From: an uncultured Chloroflexia bacterium | GTDB taxonomy: Bacteria; Chloroflexota; Limnocylindria; Limnocylindrales; CSP1-4 | NCBI GenBank assembly: GCA_963740825.1 | Contig: CAVUFD010000002.1 | Coordinates: 1,070,990 to 1,134,989, forward strand | Direction of reading: 5' to 3' | Length of the DNA: 64,000 bases | Part shown: in pieces, positions 1-9,570 of the stretch | How the letters are laid out: each line of letters starts with the position of its first letter | Numbering within the stretch: position 1 is the first letter of the stretch | The notes under the pieces: model-generated | The model's input: the letters and a program-made list of their open reading frames with translations, nothing else | Database searches by the model: none | What the model was told of the DNA's origin: nothing | Translations under genes and position numbers: made by a program

Positions 1-53
1 CGCCTCGCTGTGGAACACCTACGTGCTGCGGCGATAGACGAGATCCGAGTCCA

Positions 54-1289
54 TCAGCTCGTCGGCCGCGAGACGTCGACGAGCGACACGGGTCCGAGCC
101 CCTGGAGGAGCGCGCTGCCGGTCGAGGTCAGCTCGAAGCGGTCCGGCGGCAGTGCCGCCGCCAGGCCGTCCGGCACCCAGAGCCGACCGTCCGGGGCGAC
201 ATCCGAGATCCGCGCGGACAGGTTGACGGTGCGGCCGAAGACGTCACCGTCGCGGGCGATGAGCGACCCGCTCGCGACGCCCGCGTGGCCCGACGGGAGG
301 CCGGCCCCGGGGAGGGCCGCCAGGAGGTCGAGGGTCGCGTCGACGGCGGCGACCGCATCGTCGAACCGGATCAGCACGCCGTCGCCGAGCAGCTTCACCA
401 CGCGCCCGTCGTGCGGCCGCGCCACCTCCACCGTGAGATCACCGAGCCGGAGCGCGAGCGCCGCGGCCACCTCGTCGCCGCGCTCCTCGGTCAGCCGCGT
501 GAACCCCGTCAGGTCGACGAACGCGACGGCGGGCGGCGCGTCGACCCGTTCGGCGACGAAGCCCGCTTCCCGGAGGATGCGCTCGCTTTCGACGATGCTG
601 TACTCGTCGATCGCGCGGCTCAGGTGGCGGCCCGACAGCCAGCCGGCGAGCGGGGTCGACTGGCGGGCGAAGCGAGCCCACGGCCGAAGCTGCCGATCGA
701 ACTGCTCGTCGACCGGCAGGCCCGCGAGGTCGTAGCCGAGCCTGAGGACGGCCTCGCCGTACACCCCGAGGGCGGCGTCGGCGGCTCGCCTCGCGCCCTC
801 GCCGAACATGCGGACGGCACGCAGCGCGAGGTCCGGCTGGCCGGTGGCGACGACGATGTCGAGGATCCCACCGATCACGGCCTCGTCCTCGACCGTGAGG
901 ACGACGGCGTCGTCCGGCTCGGCGATGCCGAACGCGGCGAACAGCTGGGCGAGGTGGCGACGGCCCTCGCCGAGCGACGCTTCGAACGCCGCGTACGTCC
1001 GGCCGGACAGCGGCGGCGGTGCGGGGTGCAACTCGCCGTAGTAGCGCAGGCTGATCTGGCCGGCGTCGCTCGCGGCGACCAGCGCGTCGAGCGGGATCCC
1101 CGCGTCTTCGAAGGCCTTCAACAGGCGCACGCGGTGGACATCGCCTGGATCGAAGGTGCCGTCCGCCGCCGCGTCGATCACCCCCGCCTGGGCCAGACGC
1201 TCGACCCAGGCGACGTCGACGCCCAGCCGGACCGCGAGGTCCGCCGCGGACAGCCTGGCGGGTCCATCCGGATGCGTGTCGCGCGCCAT
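54..1289 (-). CDS. Adenylate/guanylate cyclase (class III) with N-terminal MerR-like HTH
   Basis: VAFVDLTGFTRLTE, VKLLGDG and DVFGRTVNLSARI cyclase motifs. Start moved to ATG 1289 (MARDTH) to avoid overlapping the ferritin gene. Confidence 0.88.
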   Translation of the reverse strand: MARDTHPDGPARLSAADLAVRLGVDVAWVERLAQAGVIDAAADGTFDPGDVHRVRLLKAFEDAGIPLDALVAASDAGQISLRYYGELHPAPPPLSGRTYAAFEASLGEGRRHLAQLFAAFGIAEPDDAVVLTVEDEAVIGGILDIVVATGQPDLALRAVRMFGEGARRAADAALGVYGEAVLRLGYDLAGLPVDEQFDRQLRPWARFARQSTPLAGWLSGRHLSRAIDEYSIVESERILREAGFVAERVDAPPAVAFVDLTGFTRLTEERGDEVAAALALRLGDLTVEVARPHDGRVVKLLGDGVLIRFDDAVAAVDATLDLLAALPGAGLPSGHAGVASGSLIARDGDVFGRTVNLSARISDVAPDGRLWVPDGLAAALPPDRFELTSTGSALLQGLGPVSLVDVSRPTS

Positions 1290-1353
1290 CACCCGATTGT
1301 GCCGCGCCGATGCCGTACGCTCCGGGTTATCAGCGCACGGACGGGGAGACGGG

Positions 1354-1833
1354 ATGATCAGCGAGCAGGCGTCGAAGCTGCTGGTAGCGCAGATCGCATA
1401 CGAGCTCAACGCCCACCAGATGTACATGGGCATCTCGCTCTACTTCGAGCGGCAGAGCCTCAAGGGCTGGGCGAAGCTGTACCACGATCAGGCGGTCGAG
1501 GAAGCCGGGCACGGCGGCAAGATCATGGCCTTCCTGATCGACAACGAGGTCGAGTTCGCCCTGCCCGCGGTTCGCGGCGCCCCGACGACCTACGCGTCCG
1601 CCCGTGAGGCCGTCGAGACGGCGCTCGCCAGCGAGCAGAAGGTCAGCGGGCTGTTCGAGACGCTGGTCAACACCTGCCGCGACGTCCAGGACAACCGGTC
1701 GCTGCAGTTCCTGTGGTGGTTCGTCGAGGAGCAGGTGGAGGAGGAGCGAACCGCCCGTGCGCTGCTCGACCTCATCGACAGCGGCATCAACCTGTTCCAG
1801 GCGGAGTCGATGCTCGGGGACATCACCGGCTAG
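1354..1833 (+). CDS. Ferritin (non-heme, FtnA-like)
   Basis: Ferroxidase-type motifs YELNAHQMY, EEAGHG and FLWWFVEEQVEEE. GGGGAG upstream of ATG 1354. Confidence 0.9.
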   Translation: MISEQASKLLVAQIAYELNAHQMYMGISLYFERQSLKGWAKLYHDQAVEEAGHGGKIMAFLIDNEVEFALPAVRGAPTTYASAREAVETALASEQKVSGLFETLVNTCRDVQDNRSLQFLWWFVEEQVEEERTARALLDLIDSGINLFQAESMLGDITG

Positions 1834-2081
1834 GGGAGGAGCGGCTCGCCTGATCGGCGTCGCTCGGCCCGGGGGGCAGTCGGTCCGAGGGGCGCGGCCA
1901 TCGATCGCTGCCAGCGATCATTTGCGCGCCCAGGCCGGCATGGGACGGTCCGAGCAGCAGGATCCATCGTCACGGGAGATAGATCCGCCTCGCGGCGGGC
2001 GCGAATCCGGCGTTCGACGCGATAGCGTTCGCTGTCACCGATCGCCATGGACGCCGCGCGGGATAACGCGGCGAGCGCCGC

Positions 2082-2702
2082 TCAGTAGACGCACTTGAAG
2101 CACACGTCGTCCGAATGGACGATCGTGAAGATGCTGTTGCCCTTCGCGTTGGTCGCCCGGATCAGGATCGCGGAGTAGGGGCCGGGTCCGACCTCGCCGA
2201 TGTCCCAGGACACGTTCAGGGACCGCTGGTCCCCGGGGGCCACGCCGATCTGCACCAGCTTGTCGGCCGGAATCTTCATCCCCCGCGCGACGCACGGCTT
2301 GTTGTCGAACGCCTTCGAGTAGCGCAGGCAGTCGGGCAACCCGAACACCAGGAACGAGTCGGCGACGCCGTTCGGCTCGGTCCACGTGATCTTGTACTCC
2401 AGCGTGGAGGTGCCGCCCGCACCCGGCGTCTCCTTCAGGAGCTTGAACGTCGGGTTGCCGGGCTTCGGTGGCGGGCCCTTGATCGCGACCGCGGTGGCCG
2501 CGGGCTCGGACGGCGCCGCCGAAGCCGTCCCGGCGCTGGCCGACGGCTGGGGCGACGCGACGACGACGACCGACGCGCCAGGCTGCGAGGCGTCGTCCTC
2601 GACGGCCGACGACGGCTGGCTCGATCCGCAGCCCGACACGGCCACGGCGAACAGGACGCCGGCGACGGCGACGGCGCGCACGCGTGCGGTCATCCCGGTC
2701 AC
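2082..2702 (-). CDS. Putative lipoprotein, Cys-containing Fn3-like C-terminal domain
   Basis: Signal peptide with lipobox VSGC, Ser/Pro/Ala linker, beta-rich domain. Confidence 0.7.
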   Translation of the reverse strand: MTGMTARVRAVAVAGVLFAVAVSGCGSSQPSSAVEDDASQPGASVVVVASPQPSASAGTASAAPSEPAATAVAIKGPPPKPGNPTFKLLKETPGAGGTSTLEYKITWTEPNGVADSFLVFGLPDCLRYSKAFDNKPCVARGMKIPADKLVQIGVAPGDQRSLNVSWDIGEVGPGPYSAILIRATNAKGNSIFTIVHSDDVCFKCVY

Positions 2703-2733
2703 GCTGTCGTCCCCACCCCGACGCGCACGGCCT

Positions 2734-3894
2734 TCAGGCGGTCCGCGTCATCGGTCGCCTGATCCAGCGCCGGAACGCTCGTCGCATGCGCCGGCGCGTC
2801 CCGCGCATCGTGGGCATGCCCGGTCCGACCGCGACGCCGGGCCCGCTGTCGTCCTGTCCGGCCGGCATATCGGCGACCTCCGAAAGCTCGGTCACCCCGC
2901 GATTCGACGGCGCGATCTCCATCACCTTCACGTGGACCCGCTTGCGGGCGTACGCGACCGTCGAGTCGTAGGCGATCGCCTGCGATCGCCGGATGACGTG
3001 GCCGTACCGCTCGGCGAGGTCATCGAGGCTGGACGCCGTCGTCCGGGGGCTGGCGTCGCCATCGGCGACCTCACCCAGCGACGCCCAGGCGGCCTCGGCG
3101 ATCTCGACCAGCTCGGCGGGCAGGTCCATGCCGTCCCAGGTCGGCTCGTGGCGACGCAGGCTGGCGTCGATGAAGTCGTCAACGGGGTGCGGGTCGTCGC
3201 CATCGAGCGCCGGGTCCAGGTCGAGGGACAGTGCGTCCCTCACGGATCGCATCGTCCGTCGCCAGTCCTCGAGCAGGGCCTCGTAGCGGACGATCGTCCG
3301 CCGCCGGCCGCGTGTCTCGCGCTCGACGCCCAGGTTCACGTTGATCCACGTGCACAGGTTGCGGACGTGGTACCGCCACTCGTCCTGCGGGCGGCTCGAG
3401 CCGTAGTAGGTCCAGCGGCTGGCGATCACCTCTGCCGGGTGGCGCAGGGTCGCCAGGAACCCGATCCGCGCGCCCAGCGAGTCGGCCGTGTCCGCCCACA
3501 GCGTCGGCACCCACATCGAGCGCGGGTCCTTGACCACGACCCTCGGCGTCTCGCCGAAGATCGTCGACAGCCAGGCCTTGAGATCGTTGCGTGCCCTCGG
3601 CGTGATCGCGTCGGCGACCAGACGGTACGCCTCGGGACGGGAGTCCGTCGGGGCAACCACGGCCGCGTCGAGGAGCCGGTGGTGGAACTTCACCGGCCAT
3701 CGCGATTCGAAGAAGCCGGCGGGATTGCTGTCGTTGGGTTTCAGCACCGGCGTCGGGACGTGCATCCCGAGGTGGTGCAGCGTGCCCGCGGCCATGCTCG
3801 TGCCGCTGCGGGTGCTGCCGGTCACGAGGACCAGCTGCCGGGCTAGGGGCGGGGGCGCATCCACTGCGCCAAGGATACGCGGCGCGGCGTTCAC
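2734..3894 (-). CDS. Sulfotransferase family protein
   Basis: VTGSTRSGTS PAPS-binding loop; NPAGFFES, VVKDPR, LRHPAEVIAS and VRYEALL motifs. Confidence 0.85.
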   Translation of the reverse strand: MNAAPRILGAVDAPPPLARQLVLVTGSTRSGTSMAAGTLHHLGMHVPTPVLKPNDSNPAGFFESRWPVKFHHRLLDAAVVAPTDSRPEAYRLVADAITPRARNDLKAWLSTIFGETPRVVVKDPRSMWVPTLWADTADSLGARIGFLATLRHPAEVIASRWTYYGSSRPQDEWRYHVRNLCTWINVNLGVERETRGRRRTIVRYEALLEDWRRTMRSVRDALSLDLDPALDGDDPHPVDDFIDASLRRHEPTWDGMDLPAELVEIAEAAWASLGEVADGDASPRTTASSLDDLAERYGHVIRRSQAIAYDSTVAYARKRVHVKVMEIAPSNRGVTELSEVADMPAGQDDSGPGVAVGPGMPTMRGTRRRMRRAFRRWIRRPMTRTA

Positions 3895-3919
3895 CGAATC
3901 GCCGTTCTCGCCGTGATGG

Positions 3920-4624
3920 CTACCCGCCCACCGGCTGGATCGACACCCACTTGCCCTCCCAGGCCATGTGGATCGAGCCGTAGTGCCAGCGCGTGAAGAA
4001 CCCCTTGAGCTGCTTGCGGGTCAGCCGCTTGTCGGGGTGCATGTCGTAGCCGAAGGTGCTGTTCTGGCGCCCCCACAGCGGTCCGACCACGCGGACGCTG
4101 GTGACCTTGAAGTCGCTCGTCTTGGCGGGATCGGCGGTCGCGGTGAACCCGGTCAGGACCCAGGCGTGGTTCCCGTGGGAGACCGTGATGCCCACCGGCA
4201 GCTTCGTCCTGCGCAGGCTCGTCACCGCCGACCGCAGCGCCTCCCCGAAGGTATCGCTCGCCACCCGCTTGTACCGGCTGTCCACGAAGCGGCGCAGGCC
4301 GGCCGCCCAGCCGGCGGGATCGACCCCGTCCGAGGCGGGGATCGGATAGCGGTTGTGGTTCCGCAGGTAGCGGTAGAACCGCTCCTGCTGGTCGCGCGAG
4401 TGATTGGTCGTGTCGCGGACGATGTTGCGGATGATCTGGACGTCGGCGGCCGTGCACCAGCGCCAGGTCTTCTGCGTCGAGAACACGCCCGACCGGTAAA
4501 GGTCCATCGAGCCGTCCCACGCCGCCGAGGCGCCGCTCGGCGCGACGCCCAGCACGAGGGTCGCGAGCGCGGCCGCGGCCAGCAGGATCCGGGCTCGGGT
4601 GGCGAGGCGCGCGTTGCCGGCCAT
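3920..4624 (-). CDS. Secreted papain-fold (peptidase C39-like) protein
   Basis: Signal peptide, Q-x5-C (TQKTWRWCTAA) and NHAWVLTGF. Start at ATG 4624. Confidence 0.6.
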   Translation of the reverse strand: MAGNARLATRARILLAAAALATLVLGVAPSGASAAWDGSMDLYRSGVFSTQKTWRWCTAADVQIIRNIVRDTTNHSRDQQERFYRYLRNHNRYPIPASDGVDPAGWAAGLRRFVDSRYKRVASDTFGEALRSAVTSLRRTKLPVGITVSHGNHAWVLTGFTATADPAKTSDFKVTSVRVVGPLWGRQNSTFGYDMHPDKRLTRKQLKGFFTRWHYGSIHMAWEGKWVSIQPVGG

Positions 4625-4691
4625 CACCCCATGGTAGGCAGCGGGGCAAACGGACCGGTCGGCCAAGCGCATGGGACGGCCGACGGAATCG

Positions 4692-5279
4692 TCAGATCCA
4701 GACCCAGGCGACGGTCGCGGCGACGATCCCGGCGAGGGCGAGCGATACGTATCGGTGCGTCCGGGCACCGGCGATCAGGCCGTTCAGGGCGCCGCCGCCC
4801 GCCGCCCACAGCTCGGCGGTCGGGACGATCACCAGCATCATCGTGGCCGCGACGAGCAGGCTCCCGGTCGCGATCGGGAGCCCGGCCGGCCGGAACGTCG
4901 TGATCGCGCCGAGGGCGAACACCCAGGCCTTGGGGTTGACGAGCTGGAACGACGCCGCCTCGACGACTCCCAGCGGTCGCGAGACGGTGGCCGCCTCCAG
5001 GGCGCCCGAGCGGGCGATCTGCCACGCGAGGTAGAGGAGGTAGGCGGAGCCCGCGACCTTCATCGCCGTCCCGAGCATCGGCGCCGTGGTGATCAGGGTC
5101 CCGAGGCCAGCCGCGACCGCGAGCGCCATGGCCCCGATCCCCAGCGCCGTGCCGACGACGTGGCGCGTCGTTCGCCGAACGCCGAACGTGGCCCCGGACG
5201 CCCACAGCATCACGTTGTTGGGGCCGGGCGTGACCGAGCTCACAAAGGCGAAGCCGAGGAGGGCGAGGAGCTCGTTCAT
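4692..5279 (-). CDS. LysE family translocator
   Basis: TPGPNN, YLLYLAWQI and VNPKAW motifs; hydrophobic. Confidence 0.92.
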   Translation of the reverse strand: MNELLALLGFAFVSSVTPGPNNVMLWASGATFGVRRTTRHVVGTALGIGAMALAVAAGLGTLITTAPMLGTAMKVAGSAYLLYLAWQIARSGALEAATVSRPLGVVEAASFQLVNPKAWVFALGAITTFRPAGLPIATGSLLVAATMMLVIVPTAELWAAGGGALNGLIAGARTHRYVSLALAGIVAATVAWVWI

Positions 5280-5313
5280 TCGATCGGGACGCTAGCCGGA
5301 GCCGTTGCCCCCG

Positions 5314-5329
5314 GTCTTGTACGATCCTG
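5314..5329. promoter_or_regulatory. Putative AraC-type operator between divergent lysE and araC
   Basis: Relatively AT-rich GTCTTGTACGATCCTG in the 55-bp divergent spacer; assignment is an inference. Confidence 0.3.
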
Positions 5330-5334
5330 CGGCG

Positions 5335-6216
5335 ATGGACGCCATCGACGCGATCGAGGAGCTGGGTCCGGCCGGACGGGTGTCGATCCGTGCGTGGAAG
5401 CCACCGGTCCCGGGCGTGCGCGAGGTCCTCGAGGCGACCTTCGCCGAGCACGCCTACCCGCCCCACACCCACGACGTCTGGACGCTGTTCCTCATCGACG
5501 AGGGCGGGGTGCGCTATGACCTCGACCGCACCGAGCACGCCGCGGAGCCGTCGATGGTGTCGATCCTGCCGCCGCACGTCGTCCACGACGGTCGGCCCGC
5601 GACGAGCGACGGCTACCGGAAGCGCGCCATCTACCTCGAAGCCGGCGTCCTCGGCGAGCACCTGGTCGGGCGCGCGGTCGACCGCCCGTTCCTGCGCGAC
5701 CCATCGCTCCGTGGCCGGGTCGCCGCCCTCCACGACGCCCTCGGCCACGCCGACGGCGCCTTCGAGGCCGAGGTCCGGCTCCACGACGTCGCGGAGCGGC
5801 TCCGATTGGCGATGGGGGAGACCACGCCCGACCTCGTCGCCGACGTCCGCCGGCACCGGGACCTCGCCGAGGCGCTCCGCGCCTACCTCGACGATCGGCT
5901 GTTCGACGCTCCCACGCTGATCGAGGCAGCCCACCACCTGGCGGCCAGCCCGACCCAGCTCTCTCGGGCGTTCGCGGACGCGTTCGCGATCCCGCCCCAC
6001 GCCTACGTCGACGGCCGGCGCCTGGAGATCGCACGTGCCCGGATCCTCGACGGCACCCCGCTGGCGGACGTCGCCGCGGAGGTGGGGTTCGTCGACCAGG
6101 CGCACCTGACGCGCCGGTTCAAGCGCTTCCTGGGCACTACGCCGGGACGCTTCGGCGCACCTCGCGGGGGCACGCGCGATCGGCGAGCAGGCGAGGCCGC
6201 CGCGGCCCAAGATTGA
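5335..6216 (+). CDS. AraC family transcriptional regulator
   Basis: Cupin HAYPPHTHD and C-terminal LADVAAEVGFVDQAHLTRRFKR HTH. Confidence 0.93.
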   Translation: MDAIDAIEELGPAGRVSIRAWKPPVPGVREVLEATFAEHAYPPHTHDVWTLFLIDEGGVRYDLDRTEHAAEPSMVSILPPHVVHDGRPATSDGYRKRAIYLEAGVLGEHLVGRAVDRPFLRDPSLRGRVAALHDALGHADGAFEAEVRLHDVAERLRLAMGETTPDLVADVRRHRDLAEALRAYLDDRLFDAPTLIEAAHHLAASPTQLSRAFADAFAIPPHAYVDGRRLEIARARILDGTPLADVAAEVGFVDQAHLTRRFKRFLGTTPGRFGAPRGGTRDRRAGEAAAAQD

Positions 6217-6286
6217 CCGCTCGCCGCCGGACCCGACGCCGCCGCCGATGGCGCCGGACGCCGGCGGGCCCCACAGGAGGTGCCTC

Positions 6287-6787
6287 GTGCGCACGATCGG
6301 CCTCGCGTCCCTGTCGTCGCTGGTGCTCGCGGCGGTCGTCGCCGCACCCGCGCTCGCGGCCCCGCCGACCAAGGAGCCGCTTCCCACCGGCGTCCAGGAG
6401 TTCGCGGCCGGCGACGTGTGCGACTTCCCGCTGCAGATCGAGAACGTCGGCAATCCCAAGATCATCACATTCGATCGGCGCGATGGACAGTTGAAGCAGA
6501 ACGTCAGCGGGCACGTCGTCACGACGGCGACCAACCTGGCCACGGGTGCCAGCGTCACCCGCGACTCGTCGGGTCCCGAGCGGGTGTCGATCAACGACGC
6601 CGGCCACATCGTCCTTCGCCTCGGCGGCGCCAGCGTGCTGACCTTCTTCGACAGCGACGTCACCGGCCGGGGGCTGCTGTACATCAAGGGCGGCGGGGCC
6701 GAGTTCGAGATCGGGGATGACGGATTCTTCTACGTCCGGGCCGTGTTTCCGGCCCATGTCGAGGACCTCTGCGCCGCCCTGGGCTGA
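6287..6787 (+). CDS. Secreted hypothetical protein
   Basis: AGGAGG RBS before GTG 6287; signal peptide ending ALA; CDFP motif. Confidence 0.7.
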   Translation: MRTIGLASLSSLVLAAVVAAPALAAPPTKEPLPTGVQEFAAGDVCDFPLQIENVGNPKIITFDRRDGQLKQNVSGHVVTTATNLATGASVTRDSSGPERVSINDAGHIVLRLGGASVLTFFDSDVTGRGLLYIKGGGAEFEIGDDGFFYVRAVFPAHVEDLCAALG

Positions 6788-6805
6788 CCGCGAGGTCGCC
6801 GCGCG

Positions 6806-7291
6806 ATGCCCGAGCTGACGTACCGGGCGACGCTCGACCAGCCGCCGGGCGTCGTGTTCGACTACGTCGCGGACGCCGAGAACAACCCGACCTGGCACGA
6901 GCACGTCCGAGAGACGCGGTGGATCGACGATGGACCGACGCGCCTCGGGCGGCGCGGACGCCAGACGGGCCACCTGCTGTGGCGCGACTGGGAGTTCGTC
7001 GCGGAGGTCGCCGCGTGGGACCCGCCGCACCTGGTCGCGTTCCAGGTGGTCGAGGGCACCCGGATTCGGACGACGATCCGCGTCGAGCCGGCGGGCGACG
7101 GCACGTTGATGTCGCTCACCGTCCGGACCCCGCGGATCCTCGGCCGCCGCATCGACGGCCTGATCAGCCGCGTCATGCAGCGGACCACGGCCAAACGGGA
7201 GCGAGGGGACATCACGCGCCTCCGGGCCGCCCTGGCGGCGCGCGACGATGGGCCTAGCTCGACGCGCCCTCCGGCAGCGGGATCGGGCTGA
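6806..7291 (+). CDS. SRPBCC family protein
   Basis: VFDYVADAENNPTW START-fold signature. Confidence 0.85.
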   Translation: MPELTYRATLDQPPGVVFDYVADAENNPTWHEHVRETRWIDDGPTRLGRRGRQTGHLLWRDWEFVAEVAAWDPPHLVAFQVVEGTRIRTTIRVEPAGDGTLMSLTVRTPRILGRRIDGLISRVMQRTTAKRERGDITRLRAALAARDDGPSSTRPPAAGSG

Positions 7292-7631
7292 CCAGCTGGA
7301 AGTAGTTGCCGTCGGGATCGCTGAACGTCGCGATCCACGCATCGGGCGCCATCTCGAAGGTGTAGGGCTCGCGAACGACCGTCGCGCCGGCGGCCTTGAA
7401 CGTCGCGAAGTCGCCCTTCACGTCGGGGGTCTCGATGTTGATGATCAGCCGCCCGGGCTCGGGGTTGGTGCCGTGCACCTCGCTGTGCGGTCCGACGGTG
7501 AGCCCGCCCGAGCCGACGATCCAGCCCACGTACCCGCCGTCGTCCCAGCCGGGCTTCCCGAGCAGCTTCGTGTAGTAGTCCGCCACCCGCTGCGGGTTCT
7601 CGGAGCCGATGAGGATGCCGTTGAGATTCAC
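7254..7631 (-). CDS. VOC/glyoxalase family protein
   Basis: ATFSDPDGNYFQL motif; 125 aa. Confidence 0.9.
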   Translation of the reverse strand: MNLNGILIGSENPQRVADYYTKLLGKPGWDDGGYVGWIVGSGGLTVGPHSEVHGTNPEPGRLIINIETPDVKGDFATFKAAGATVVREPYTFEMAPDAWIATFSDPDGNYFQLVSPIPLPEGASS

Positions 7632-7757
7632 GATGCCTCCTTCGCCTGCCCGTCCACCCTACCCACGTGCGGTCACCGGCGCCAGCCGGGTCGGCGCCGC
7701 AGGCGCGAAGATGGCGCGACAGTCGGGAGCGGGGCTCGCGCGAACGGAGGTGGTGCG

Positions 7758-8783
7758 ATGGCCGAGAACGTGCTCGATCGGGTGGGCGAGGCGGCGCTCT
7801 ACCGGGCGCTGCGGCGCTTCTGGCACCCGGTCATGTGGGCCGACGACCTGGGGGACCGTCCGGCGGCGGCTACCCTGCTCGACGAGCCGCTTGCGATCGT
7901 GCGCCTCGACGGCGCGGTCCGAGCGTTCAAGGACCTGTGCGTCCACCGGGGCACGGCGCTGTCGCTGGGCTGGGTCGCCGACGGGCACCTGGTGTGCGCG
8001 TACCACGGCTGGACCTACGACCCTGAGGGGGTCTGCACCCGGATCCCCGCCAGCCATGGGACCAACATCCCGAGCAAGGCGCGGATCGTCCGCCACCGCG
8101 CCGCCGAGCACGCAGGCCTGATCTGGGTCTGCCTCGACGACGAGCCCGCGATGGGCCTGCCCGCCTTCCCCGAGTGGGCCGACGACGCGTACCGCAAGAT
8201 CAGGATCCCGCAGTACGACTGGCACTGCAGCGCCGCGCGGCGGGTCGAGAACTTCGTCGACTTCAGCCACTTCGCGTGGGTGCACGAGGGCATCCTGGGC
8301 GACCGTTCGAAGCCCGAGATCCCTGATCACGACGTCGTCCGGGGCGCGACCACGCTGTCGTTCGAGCTCGGGATCGAGGAGCCGGCGAACCCGGTCAAGG
8401 GCGATGCGGGCGACGCGGGGCGGATCCAGCGCACGCCGAGCCGGTACACGATCTCGATGCCGTTCTCGGTCCATCTCGACCAGCCGCTCGAGGACGGCAT
8501 CCACTTCGTGCTGTTCGTCGCCTCGTGCCCGCTGTCGGCCAAGGAGACGCGCAACTTCACCTGGAACGCGCGCAACTACGAGCTGGACCCGGCCGCCGAT
8601 CGGGGCTTCGTCGACTTCCAGCAGGTGATCCTGGACCAGGACCGCGTCGTCGTGGAGTCGCAGCGCCCCGAGGAGCTGCCGATCGACCTGTCCGAGGAGC
8701 TCCACATCAAGGGCGTCGACCGCGTGTCCATCGACTACCGCCGCTGGCTCGGCGAGATCGCGACCCTGGAGGCCCAGCGATGA
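7758..8783 (+). CDS. Rieske non-heme iron oxygenase alpha subunit (VanA/demethylase-like)
   Basis: Rieske motifs DLCVHRG and CAYHGW; mononuclear Fe motif ENFVDFSHFAWVH; GGAGG RBS. Confidence 0.92.
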   Translation: MAENVLDRVGEAALYRALRRFWHPVMWADDLGDRPAAATLLDEPLAIVRLDGAVRAFKDLCVHRGTALSLGWVADGHLVCAYHGWTYDPEGVCTRIPASHGTNIPSKARIVRHRAAEHAGLIWVCLDDEPAMGLPAFPEWADDAYRKIRIPQYDWHCSAARRVENFVDFSHFAWVHEGILGDRSKPEIPDHDVVRGATTLSFELGIEEPANPVKGDAGDAGRIQRTPSRYTISMPFSVHLDQPLEDGIHFVLFVASCPLSAKETRNFTWNARNYELDPAADRGFVDFQQVILDQDRVVVESQRPEELPIDLSEELHIKGVDRVSIDYRRWLGEIATLEAQR

Positions 8784-9526
8784 ACGCCCTGAGGTACCGG
8801 CTCCGCAACCCCCGTTTCCACCCGTCGGCGATCCTGCTCGCGACCCAGCTCGTCGGCGTCATCCTCTACGCCTTCGTCGACGCCGACCGCGGTCGGGCGC
8901 TGCTGTCCCTGTTCGGTCTGCTGGTGCTCGTCCTCGTGGCGCGCGCCGTGGAGCGGACGCCGGCGCTGACCTGGGTCTCGATCCTGATCGGCGTGCCGAT
9001 CGTCATCCTGATCGCGCTCGAGCTCGCGTTCCCGGACGACCTCACCATCCTGCTGGTGCTGTCGATCCTGCTGTCGGCCTACTACCTGTACGCGTCATAC
9101 GCGCTCGTCCGCTACATGTTCCACGACGGGATCGTGACCCCCGACGAGCTCTATGCGACGGGCGCCACGTTCACGGTGCTCGCGTGGGGGTTCGCGTACA
9201 TCTTCCTCGCCGTCCAGACGGCATGGCCCGGGTCGTTCACCGGACCCGGCGATCCGGGCGCGGCACAATCCTGGTTCGCGCTCCTGTTCCTGTCGTTCAC
9301 GACGCTCACGAGCGTCGGGCTGTCGGACATCCTTCCCGTGCTGTCCCAGGCGCGCTCCGCGGTCATGATCGAGCAGGTGGTCGGGCTGATGTACGTGGCG
9401 ATCGTCATCAGCCGGGTCGTCGCGCTGACGGTCGCGCGCCAGCGGTTCGAGGGCGTGCGGGCCGTGCGGAGCGCGCCGGCCTCACCGGTTGCCGCCGGCC
9501 AGCCAGATGTCGACGAGGTGGGCTGA
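8780..9526 (+). CDS. Potassium/ion channel family membrane protein (Ion_trans_2)
   Basis: FLSFTTLTSVGLSDILP pore motif; multiple TM helices; ATGA overlap with the upstream gene. Confidence 0.85.
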   Translation: MNALRYRLRNPRFHPSAILLATQLVGVILYAFVDADRGRALLSLFGLLVLVLVARAVERTPALTWVSILIGVPIVILIALELAFPDDLTILLVLSILLSAYYLYASYALVRYMFHDGIVTPDELYATGATFTVLAWGFAYIFLAVQTAWPGSFTGPGDPGAAQSWFALLFLSFTTLTSVGLSDILPVLSQARSAVMIEQVVGLMYVAIVISRVVALTVARQRFEGVRAVRSAPASPVAAGQPDVDEVG

Positions 9527-9570
9527 GTGCGCCGCCTGGTCGCTGCGCCGTCGCGGTTGCCTCCCCCCGC

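Noticed and set aside
1834-2081. Imperfect 20-bp direct repeat (ATCGATCGCTGCCAGCGATC / AGCGTTCGCTGTCACCGATC) and hairpins in a convergent spacer
   Set aside because: 16/20 identity in GC-rich DNA is too weak to call an element or ncRNA.
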